DNA from: the human T2T-CHM13v2.0 reference genome, Homo sapiens
DNA: 64,000 nt
NCBI RefSeq assembly: GCF_009914755.1
Contig: NC_060937.1
Reading direction: 5' to 3' (one strand)
The notes below the pieces were generated by a model. The model worked only from the letters and a program-made list of their open reading frames with translations. It was not told the origin of the DNA and did no database searches. The position numbers and the translations under genes were made by a program. Position 1 is the stretch's first letter. Each line of letters starts with the position of its first letter. Positions 18,426-30,345 of this stretch are shown here, piece after piece.

Positions 18426-19906
18426 ATAGGCTCAAAATAAGGAAATGGAGATAAATCAGTCAAGCAAATGAAAAACAGATAAGAGCAGAGGTTGTTGCAG
18501 TCCTAATTTCAGACAAACAGACTTCAAACCAACAATTTAAAAAAAAAATACAAAGAAGGGCATTATATAATGATACAGGGTTCAATTCAACAAGAAGACC
18601 TCACTGCCCTAATCATACACACACCCAACACAGTAGTACCAAGATTCATAAAGCAAATGCTTAGAGACCTACAAAGAGACTTAGAAATTCTCACACAATA
18701 TAGTGGGAGACTTCAACACCCCACTGACAGTAGTAGACAGATCATCAAGGCAGAAAATTAACAAAGATATTCAGGACCTGAACTTGACACCTGATCAAAT
18801 GTACCTAATAGACATCTACAGAACTCTCCATTCCCAAGCAATAGAATAAACATTCTTCTCATCACTACATGGCAAATACTCTAAAATTAACCATATAATC
18901 AGACATAAAACAATACTTGGCAAATTCAAAAAACTCTCAAATTATACCAACCACACTCTTGGACCACTGTGCAATAAAAATATAAATCAATACTGAGAAG
19001 ATCACTCAAAACTGTACAATTACATGACAATTAAATAACCTGCTCCTGAATGACTTTTGGGTAAATAATGAAATTAAGGAAGAAATCAAGACATACTTTA
19101 GAACTAATGAAAACAAAGACAAAAAGTACTAGAATCTCTGGATACAGCTAAGGCAGTGTTAAGAGGAAAGTTTATAGCACTAAATGCCCACATCAAAGAG
19201 TTGGAAAGATCTCAAATTAACATACTAACATCACAGCTAGAAGAACTAGGGAAACAAGAACAAACCAACTTCAAACTTAGCAGAAGACAAGCAATAACCA
19301 AAATTGGAGCTGAAATGAATGAAATTGAGACATGAAAAACTATACAAAAATCAATGAACCCAAGAGTTGGTTCTTTGGAAAATTAATAACATAGATAGAC
19401 CACTAGCTAGACTAATTAAAAAATACAGAAGATACAAATAAACACAATTAAAAATGATAAAAGAGATGTTACTACTGACCCCACAGAAATATAAAAAAAC
19501 TATCAGAGATGACTACAAACACCTCTATGCATTCAAACTAGAAAATCTAGAGGAAACTGATAAATTCCTGGACACATGCAATCTCCCAAGACTGAACTAG
19601 GAAGAAATTAAATTCCTGAACAGACCAATAACAAGTTCTGAAATTAAATTGGTAATAGAAAACGTACCAGCCAAAAGAAGTCCAGGACCAGACGGATTCA
19701 CAGCTGAATTCTACAAGATGTATAAAGAAGAGCTGGTACCATTTCTACTGAAACTATTCTAAATAATTGAGAAGGAGAGATTCCTCCCCTACTCATTCTA
19801 TGAGGTCAGCATCATACCAAAACCTGGCAGAGGCACAACAAAAAAAGGCAACTTCAGGCCAATAGCCTTGATGAACATAGATGCAAAAATCCTCAACAAA
19901 GTACTA
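18426..19906 (+). mobile_element. L1 ORF2 (endonuclease to pre-RT) segment, inverted relative to the adjacent 3' end
   Basis: ORF 18570 'IQGSIQQEDLT...PRFIKQMLRDLQRDL'; 'gtgggagacttcaacacccca' (VGDFNTP); ends at 'gatgcaaaaatcctcaacaaa'. Confidence 0.9.
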
Positions 19907-20551
19907 TCTTTGTTGTTTAATGCTATTTGGTGGACAGAAATTATAAGATTTCATCAATCATAGATGCATCTTCACTTTAAAAATGTTAAAATGTGGAAAA
20001 AACTATGCAACTTATAATTGATGAAATGCAAGGCTTGACCTATATCTGTATAGCTTTCCTGCTACTGAGTGATATGGCTGTCAAGTACTGACTTCCCAGA
20101 TACTTAATGTTGAATTGATGCATTAGTTTCTAGCCTCCATTTTAATACATATGTCAGCTACCATAATTTTTCAATGAATAAAACATTATTTTATCCTGAC
20201 TTTCAATGCATATAGCATAAATAAGAATTTTCTTTCTGACTTTTATATTCTTCTTTATTAGTACTAAGAAAGAATATATAAATGTGATTTTAGAGGTATA
20301 CAAAGTAGTGATTGGTTTAATTGGCTTAATAAAATTGGATTGCATATATTCTAAAGGCCTCAGGTAAAAGAGAGACACAGGTGTTATAGATGGCCAGGAA
20401 AATCATTTGACCTTGAAGATTGGGGCCATGAACCAAATTATGTATGCTCTATAATTATAAGGCTTATCATCTCCACTCAGAATGGAGCCTATTTTGTGAA
20501 TTATCAGAAAGCCAAATTGTTTTGTCATATAGTGGGGTAAGTTCTAGATGA

Positions 20552-20839
20552 GCTTAGTCCAACAGAAATGCAATTTGAACCACATATGTAATTTCAGTTT
20601 TTCTAGTACTCACACTGAAAAAGGTAAAAAAAAACATATTTTTTATTATATATAACAAAGTCTTAACAAATAACATTATCACAACATATCAATTTTAAAA
20701 TGTTTATGAAGTATTTTACATATTGTTGGTACTAAGTCTTCTAAATTTGCTGTGTGTTTTGGACTTACCAGCACATCTCAATTTGTGCTAGTGTTCAATA
20801 GCCAAATGTGGCTGGTGGCTAACATACTAGACGATACAG
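20552..20839. mobile_element. MER33/MER3-type hAT-Charlie MITE
   Basis: 'gtccaacagaaat...ccacatatgtaattt' and 'caatagccaaatgtggctggtggctaacatactagacgatacag' termini. Confidence 0.65.
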
Positions 20840-21248
20840 TTCCAAATTTTAAATACCAGGGTAGTTCTAGACTATAGATACTATTGTCTTTGAAATAACT
20901 ATTCCTAGCTTCCATTTAGATCTACCTGCCTATGGCCAAGGAAATATATGTGTAGTGCTATGATTTTAGGTCCACTGGTTTCTTAAGCAGCAGTGGTCAC
21001 TGAAGTGCTGATGTATATATGAAGAGGGAAGCGTGGCGTCAAGTCTGTGAAATGCTATAGGCCTCAGGTTGTGAAGACATACTGGAAGAAACTTCAAGAA
21101 GACCTCTTCACTACTGGAATGACAGTAGAAGGCTGATCTGGAGAGACCGGGTCATTGGTGTATGTGATCTGCCTTGCATCTTAGCCTCTCTTTTCAGGCC
21201 TGGATTTTGAGAGTGAGAGTTTCTATTTTTGTTTTTCTTCTTGACATC

Positions 21249-21290
21249 CTCTCTGTCTCTCTCTGCTCTCTTCTCTCTGTCTCTCTCTCT
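21249..21290. repeat. CT-rich microsatellite/polypyrimidine tract
   Basis: ctctctgtctctctctgctctcttctctctgtctctctctct. Confidence 0.8.
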
Positions 21291-22950
21291 TATTTCTGTT
21301 GCTAGTCCTGTTTTCCTCTTTCAGATCCAAAATTTTTATATCAAACTTGATTCCTTTACTATTTTGTTCTCTTTTCCTTTCCTTCTTCTCTTTGCTCTCT
21401 ACCAATGTTTGTTTTTTTCCCCTCTGTGTCTTCTGTCTTAAGACATAAAATCCATTCACTGTTGATCCATCATGAGAGGCAGTAATGTGTTTTCCCTTTG
21501 ATATTAGTACATCCACATGCTCAAGCACGAACTGCACACTCTATTACTACTGCCTAACCCTGTACTTATGCAGAACATCCGCTACTTGCCATGGTTTTGT
21601 TGTGTTTAATGCTTGCTTATAATTTATTCTCCACATAATTTCTTACATTTTATCTGACTGTTTTTCATCAGAATGCCTTCGACATTCTCAGCTGTATTCT
21701 TCAAGCTGTGTTTTGCTCTGGTAGGCACTCACAAATCTTTATTATTGCTGTATGCTTGGAATGAAAGATTAAATAGTTATTAGTTTCTACTTGTCTAAAA
21801 CAGTCTGTTTTTGCTTTTTAATAATACACAGAGTTTTTAAATGTAACATTATTTTTAGGCATTTTAAAAATAAGAATTGGCCAACTGATAAAACTATTTA
21901 GCCAATTAATGAAGCCATTGCTTATAAAAGTAGATATAAAATTTAAAAAATACACACACACACATCTTTTGTTAGAAGTTGTAATAAAGCCTCCATCTTA
22001 AAAAAATAAACTTATAGAGGCTTGATTTAGTTTCATGTTAGATATCACTGAACAATGTAGGTTTTAAGAAAATAAAATACAAGTCTATAAATAGGCATCA
22101 AAAAAATATGAAAAACTAATATATACTATTTTGAAATTCATTATTCCAGAGGAAGAGCCGCCACATAATTCTCTGGGCTAACTTTATTAAGATCTTATGT
22201 ACCAAATACTCTTCCAAGTGAGTGCATCCAAAAACATAATAAATATTTATAGTAACCTAATGAAGTTCATTTCCATTTAACAGATGAGGAAACTGAGATA
22301 CAGAAGAATAGCAAGAAAGTAGTAGAACCAGGATTTAATCAAAGGACATATATTTTCAGAAGTGATTTTCTAGACAGCTGTATCATATCATTTCTTATCA
22401 GGTATATATGTTTTAAGAGAATGAGGAGAACAGGGAACTATGACATAGGCATTTTTATTAGGCTGCTAAGATTAATTACTATAAATGTCAGTATTCAACT
22501 TACAGTAAAATGGCAAAGTGCTAACCATCCTCTAGTATCTGTAATCATCCAACATTAAGTTTGGCCGGGATCAAAGTTGCTTGGAATGAAGACTATATTT
22601 CCCATCATCCTTGAACCCAGATGGGACATGTGACTAATTTCTGACTAGTGTGATGTTAAATGTAACTTAAAAAAATTTGTTAACCTTCAAGGTTGTGTGC
22701 TTAAAGAAAAATATGACCGAGTTATACATGCTTTTTCTCTTTTCCCCTTTCCCCTTCCCCAGTGGGTAGAGTGTACACATGGTGGTGAGTCATCTTAAAC
22801 TCTGATGTCAGGTCATCCCAAGAGGAATGTTTTACAGCAAAACAGAAGGCACTAGCATCATAGACAGACTCATGTCAGAGTCTCCATATTAACCATGATT
22901 TACATTAGAGATAAATAATTGTCTATTTTCTTTAAATAACTGTTACTCTG

Positions 22951-23166
22951 GTTTGTTTGTTTGTTTTTTTGAGACAGGGTCTCACTTCATTGGTCCAGAC
23001 TGGAGTGCAGTGGTGTGATCATGGCTCATAACGGCCTTGACCTCCCAGGCTCAAGTGATCCTCCCACCTCAGCCCCTCAAATAGCTGGGATTACAGGCAC
23101 ACACCACCATGCCTGGCTAATTAAAGAAATTGTTTTTGTAGTGATGGAGTCTTGCTATGTTGCCCA
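22951..23166 (-). mobile_element. AluJ fragment
   Basis: (GTTT)n tail then 'gagacagggtctcact...gtgatcatggctca...ctcaagtgatcctcccacctcagcc'. Confidence 0.88.
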
Positions 23167-26100
23167 TAGCTCTGCTGGAGAAAAGACAGCAGAGCAGGTA
23201 ATATTATATTTCTACTATGCCTCTGTTCAAGAATTTTATATCCAGCATTCCTTATCTGCTTATCAAAGACACTGTGCATATATTACCCGCACATGCGCAC
23301 ACATACACTTCAGAGATAGGGAAAACAGTTCTGCCCCAAAAGTATGTCTCTAACAAGATGTGTAGATGACAATGTTTTCAGGAATATTGTAATCTTATAA
23401 AAAGGTCTCCTTGGAAAGCATAAACTAACTTGATTTATTCCAATTGCCTGACAGTGACTAAAGAAAAGTCTTAGTTTGCAGAAGTCTGTGAAAGAAACAA
23501 TCTATTTAGTTCTTTTAGACATTGAAAGGTGTGAGTTTTTCATGCCACTAAATAGTATTAGAAAAACCAGTTAAGTTGATGTTCCAGCTCATAGATTTTT
23601 CTCACTATTCCCTGAAAAACTGTGGGAGTGGGAAAAGAATTTTGTTATACTTGGTTTTAACTGTTTCCAATTTTTACCTTAGACAAACTGTGTATATAGA
23701 GTCAAACAGTACTCAGTTTGAAATAACTTGACACTGCATATATTAAACTAAACAGAAGGCAATGCAAGTACACTGAAACTGATTTAATATGCAATATTTA
23801 TCTGTGGGAGAGAGAAACACTATTCAATTGAGGCTGATTCATCCTCCATTTTCTGTGCACAGAATTCCACAGGAGGTCATCTGCTATTATTTTATCCCCA
23901 TTAGGTATGCTTGAATATATCAGGTAGCAACAGAGTAAAACCTGTGATTATGGCAGACAAGGTAACCTACTCTTCCCCATGTAGCTAGCATGCAGAGCTT
24001 AAGTCTCTGCTTTTATCCCTCATCCACTTTGTGACTGTGAAATTACCATGATTGTTTTTGGAAAAAAAAAATGTTGTGTTTTCACTTTGCTGGTCAACCT
24101 AGGGGGCCCTTCCATGCTATGTACTGCTTCTCACTTAGGATGAATATCATTTTTGAGTTTGAACAGATCTACTTTTGGTTAATTCTCTTGTCACAACTCA
24201 TTAATAGAACATTTTATTTTAAAAAATGATCTATTTTTCTAGATTAGAGTGCTTGCTCTCCAAATATAAATAATATTTCTTTCTTCATATATATTTCCAA
24301 CTATTATTTTTGAAAGCTAGACTTACTCAAGATTTATGTACTCATAGGAGTAGTATTCAGGAAGATAAATTTGAGCTTTAAATATACTTAATTCAATTTT
24401 TTTGTTATTACTCCTGCTTCATTAAGTTACTATGAATTCTCTCTAATATTACACTGCCATCAATTTTAGTAATCTGCTGTCATAAAAAAGACAGCCATCA
24501 AAGTTTGAGTGCTTTTAATAACCTTCATTTAAAAAAGGTATGTGTGTATATACATACCACACACATATTAACACATTAAATATCTGTATTTAAATACACA
24601 GTAAAGCAAAACACACACACACAAACACATATATATGTGAAGATTGGCAAAAAGCACAGAACTTATTTTTCTTAGTGTATACACTAGAATTTCTATATTC
24701 AAATGGTAATTCTTTAAAATAGTTATTTTGGAAGGGCATCGCTTACTTCAATAACATTATTGATGCTTAAAACTTCTACAGAATGTTTTCTGTGAATCTT
24801 CCGAGCTACTTTATGTTTTATAAAATGGCCACTTTTATTACTTGATAGCCACATGTGGTTTTGAAACCAGAAGGGGCTTTTTTCCAGTTTCATTGCTTTC
24901 CATATTTCCATTCAATTTAAAGAAATTTTGGCTTTTTAAAAATATATTAAATCCATACAAGATAAAGTATCGGCAAAAATAAAAATATTCTTATCCAATC
25001 CCAGCTTGTAATTTTCCTAGACTACTAATTGCTCTTTTTAGTGTTCCAGTTTCTCCTTAGTCATTTGGGACTAAAATATGGCAAATATATTTCCTTTTGT
25101 CTCTTTATTGTCCGTAAATCAATTTTTGAACTTCTTAAATCTGTGGAACCCAACCATTTCGCTTATTTTCATAAATGCCACCAACATTCAGGCTTTATTA
25201 CCTCTTACATTATAACTGATTTACTTCCCCAAACTCTAGCCTCCACTTCGTTTCAGTTCTTAAATCTTTCACATTGTAACTTGAAGGCTAGGGAATGTGC
25301 ATCTTGTCTAGTTTATAACTATAGGTTGCCCTTGACTCATAATTTGGTGGGGCTTCCACAGGGCTGGTGTGTGGTCATAACAGGAGATAACTAGTCCTTT
25401 CTCCCCAGGATGACAAGGTGACCACAGTTCTCTTCAAGCATTGTAGGTACACGTAAGAGCGTAAGTGTATGTAAGCTGGTCATGTCTACGTATATATTTA
25501 CTTAAGAAAGATTATAAATATTCTTTACTTTTTAAAAATGCAGCTTAGAATATAAAACAGCAACATGACCTTGTTCCAGGCTAGAATCTGAAAGCTCTGC
25601 TAGAACAAATGTCAGGCAAAAGAAGCGAGGCCGGTTGTTTATTTTGTCTGGGACATATCAAACACTTGTTGCAGCTATATAACGAAATTCTCTAAGTGAT
25701 GAGTGGAGGAGGCATTCCAAAATAAAGAGCATGACTATGACCATCTACCTCTCTTAATATGCTTTTTAAAATATATGTTCTAAACAATAGTCTAACATAG
25801 GTTTTTCTAAAAATATATTAAAATTCATGATTCAAAAATTATCACTGCTAAAAATTTCATCACTACAGCTGAATTCACCATTAATCTTGGCAATAATCAC
25901 ACAAATTAATCATAAATGCTATATCTATTTTCACCTTCTTTTCCTTTCCACTTTTTTTATTTCTGGAAGAGGGGCCATTTGACTTTAACACTTTATTAGC
26001 AAGAATGTACACTTACTTGCTCAAGGGAAACCTGTGCTATTTTGATTTCGTATCTCACTAAAAACTATAAAGAAGACAAATTCAAAGGCCTACCTGTTCA

Positions 26101-27249
26101 TAAAGTGCATTACCCCTGTTCTTCTGTTTCTAAGCCTGTGGAGTGGTGTACGTAATTATCTGCTGACCAGGATCCCAGATTGAATCTCTCTTGCTTGTGA
26201 AGCATTTACTTTTCCTCTTGGAATTATTATTCCTAGTCTTCTTCCAGCATATTCTCTTATTCTTCACAGATTTGTGAAATTAAACCTGAAGTGTTTGATC
26301 ATGATTTCTCCAGAAATGAAAATATTTTGAGCACAATTAGAGAGATCCTTAGCTGATATCTACTTAGATGGCTGACAGTACTCCTCCATCACGGGGACAC
26401 TGTCCCAGGAAAAGAGAATTAAAAAAAGAAAAACGGATAGGAAGAATGGGCTGAAATGCTTTTCTTTTACCTTGCCCTTTTGTTAATAATTATCAGCCAT
26501 TAGTTTTCCATTTTTAACTGCCATTTGACATGGCAAGACAGAAAAGAGATTTATGGAAAAAAATGTTCTTACATGGTCATTGCTATTCCTTAGTTTGTCA
26601 CTTATTTCTTTGGCAAATAATATTATTAATATTGGCTGGTATTTTTTTGAGTGCTTACTATGTACTAGGAGCTGTCTCATAGATAGAGCAACTCATTTAA
26701 TCCTTAAGACAACTCAATGAGTAAAATATGTTATTATCTCTACTTTATGGTGATAAAACTGAGGCATTGAGAGATTAAAAACCTTGTTTTCTTACTGCTT
26801 AGCACTTCGTAAGGGTTCATAAAATGTAATTTCACTGAAAGAATAAATGAATGGGTAAGTGAAAATCATGTTCTCTAGAGTTAATTTAAGGAGCAATCAT
26901 CAATATACAATGGATTTCCAGTATGTATTTCTTATACCATTTCACTAGATACTGGAAGAAATCTTGTATCAGGATATTTAGAATTTCTGAGCTTTCTCTT
27001 TTCTGTCTTGGTTTGGTTTCTCTTACTCTTGAGTCTTCCAGATACTGATAAACTTCTTTTGCCTTCATGATATTTTGCTTAAACTCATTCCATACAGGAT
27101 TGGTTATCCCCTTTTGTTCAGGATTAATATTTTCAAGCTTTGCTTCTGTTCTTATATCAAGATTGCCTGAAGCATGGGATTTTTATCAAGTACTTGGCTG
27201 AGTGACTTTTGCATCTTTCCAATAAGTACACCAAAAGATTCTGATAGTT

Positions 27250-27584
<335 letters not shown>

Positions 27585-28509
27585 TCATCTCACTTACTAT
27601 GTGTGTGGTGTGTGATATTATGCCTTCAGCCTTTCTCTATTTGAATAATCTGTATTCCCTGGCTGGCAGCTTCACTGCTGTGTCTTAGCCTTCTTCATGT
27701 TGCATGGGTTGTTACAGAAGGTATCTTATAAAGGATTGCATTTAGGAAGGAGTAAACTGCAAATCTCTGGGCCAAGAGTGTACAGTTATACTTCATGAGT
27801 AATATCACTAGAAAGCAGAACAACATTCAGTGGTTTGAAGTGTAGTATTGAAATGCTGAATGGGTTATAAAATTCATTTGTTAAATCACTCATTTATTCA
27901 AACAGCCATTAAGAACATGCTGCATGTCAGAAAAAGCTTAGTCGTCAGAAACATAAGGAGTGTGTGTATATGTATATGTTTTGTGTGTGTGTGAAGAGCT
28001 CACAAAATTAAGCAACTATTACATCACAACAAAACTTACTGTACTGAAAGAAAGATATTATTGCCATCTGCTTTCTCAATAAATTCAGGGGATAGTTTTG
28101 AGCTACTACTATATATAAGCTAGTAGGAGGTAAAGATAAAGGAACATGTGTAACAATAAGAATTTAAATGAAAAATTGTGTTTTAATGCTATGAATTAGA
28201 GATTGTTAATTTGTAAAGGTTGCCTATGTATATGCTGTTTTTTATTATTACCACTTCAATTTTTTCACCTACTTTCTACTATCTTGGTTTGCTTTCCTTA
28301 GTCTTTAATTAAAACCTTAATAATTCCTTAGCGAAGGTCTTTTGATGGTAAACTCTCAAAGTTTTGTGTTGATATTCATGAATAATTGCTTTGCTCTGTA
28401 TTCAATCCTAGGCTGACAATTTTACACTTTTGAACTTAGAAAATGTTATTTCATTATTATTGTTGGTACGCATCCTGCCATATTAATTTTTTCTTTTATA
28501 AGTGATTAG

Positions 28510-29416
28510 GGTAGTAATATTTGAAAAAAATATTTTAAGACAGAACATCAAGAGAGAGAGCCAGTAAGATATTTTACACCTAATAATGAAACTAATAATA
28601 TAGCATTGAAATAAATGAAATGAACATTGAGAGAAATATAAAGATAAATAAACACATATCAATTTAGTATTGAAAACTGTAATATACTATTTTCAGTACT
28701 ATTATCAATATAATTGGCAGAACATGCAAAAAATGCCAGGAAATATGGATATTTTGAACAATAAGACTCGCAAATTAATAGAAATTGATTTATATATCAA
28801 TTCATCTATATTATCCTTGCACACAAATGTGTAATAAATATTTACTTAAGTGCTCCTTGAATATTTCCCAAATTTGACCATATATTGTCCATGTAAAATG
28901 TTTCAAGTAACTCAAATTTTGTTACCAAGTGCTAAAAAACAATCAAGTACTAGCCAAAAGAATAAAAAGTGTTAGCAATGAGTAAATTTGCCTTGAAATG
29001 ACTCGTGTTAGAAAAAACCCTCAAAATTGAAATAAGTATTATTTTGAACTGAATTATACTGAAAATATTATACATAAAACTTGTAAGTAGAGATATAACT
29101 ACTTAAATGGAGAAGGAATAAAATTGACAATTAATAGCTTAGAATTCATTTTAAGCTATAAGAAAAAGAACATCAATGACCATTAAATTTAAAATGAAGA
29201 TGGTAAACATAAAAGCAGAAATTAAAAAGTATGCAAAGACTTATTAACAAAGAGACATTTGATTATGCAGACATCTAATAAGAATGATACACATAGTAAA
29301 ACTGATATAAAAATATAGAAGACACAAATACATTTAACAAACTATAGATATTTAATATGTAAAAATGCTGAATGATATAAAATAATTTTATGCCTATAAA
29401 TTGAAAAATGTCAGAA
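28510..29416 (+). mobile_element. Ancient L1M ORF2 fragment, host of the provirus (resumes at 38080-38420)
   Basis: 'aataattttatgcctataaattgaaaa' | provirus | 'gataaatttctagaaa' reconstitutes the L1 ORF2 YANKFEN..DKFLE region. Confidence 0.6.
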
Positions 29417-29878
29417 TAAGGGAGGAGACCACCCCTCATATTGTCTTATGCCCAATTTCTGCCTCCAAAGAAAGAAGAAGTAAAAACTAAAAGGCAGAAA
29501 TGAAATCCACAGGCAGACAGCCCGGCGCCACGCCCTGGGTCTGGTAGTTAAAGATCGACCCCTGACCTAATCAGTTGTGTTATCTATAGATTACAGACAT
29601 TGTATAGAAAAGCACTGTGAAAATTCCTGTCCTGTTCTGTTCCATTCTAATTACCCGTGCAGGCAGCCCCCAGTCACATACCCCCTGCTTGCTCAATTGA
29701 TCACGACCCTCTCATGTGGACTCCCTTAGAGTTGTAAACCTTTAAGAGGGACAGGAATTGCTCACTTGGGGAGCTTGGTTTTTGAGACGTGAGTCTTGCC
29801 AATGCTCCCAGACGAATAAAGCCCTTCCTTCTTTAACTCAGTGTCTGAGGGATTTTGTCTGCGGCTCATCCTGCTACA
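29417..29878 (+). promoter_or_regulatory. 5' LTR (LTR2)
   Basis: taagggaggagaccacccctcatattgtc ... ctgctaca; AATAAA at 29815; direct repeat of 37617-38079. Confidence 0.95.
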
Positions 29879-29883
29879 TTTCT

Positions 29884-29901
29884 TGGTTCCCTGACTGGGA
29901 A
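29884..29901 (+). promoter_or_regulatory. Primer-binding site complementary to tRNA-Glu
   Basis: tggttccctgactgggaa matches the complement of the tRNA-Glu 3' end (TGGTTCCCTGACCGGGAA) at 17/18 positions. Confidence 0.9.
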
Positions 29902-30345
29902 GTGAGGTGATTAATCGAAGGTCGAGGCAGCCCCTTAGGTGGCTTAGGCCTGCCCTGTGGAGCATCCCTGCGGGGGACTCTGGCCAGCTTGAGCGACACG
30001 GATCCTAAGAGTTCTCCCAGGTAGGCAATTGCCCCAGTGGAATGCCTTGCTAGAGCAGCACATGGCAGGCCCCCATGGAGAACTTGTCCACTCCATTTGA
30101 GTGGAAGTTTGGCCTGATCACCCATGACGTGCCTGTACCGGCACGTGGTTTTTGTTTTTGACTTGACTTGGATTGCTTGATACTTTGGTTTTGCTTTTGA
30201 TCTGGCTTGGATTTCTTGATACTCTGATTTTGGTTTTGATTCTGGTTTGGTGTAAACTATAAAAGTGTGTGTGTGCCCTCTTTACCTGTTCTTTGTTTTG
30301 TGGTGTGCATGTGGTGTGAGCGTGGTGTTTTTTTCTCAAGGAAAC

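Noticed and set aside
25029-25394. 121-aa ORF and other short AT-rich ORFs (1277, 41493, 62518, etc.)
   Set aside because: Non-ATG starts, low-complexity F/L/I/K composition and no domains, as expected by chance.
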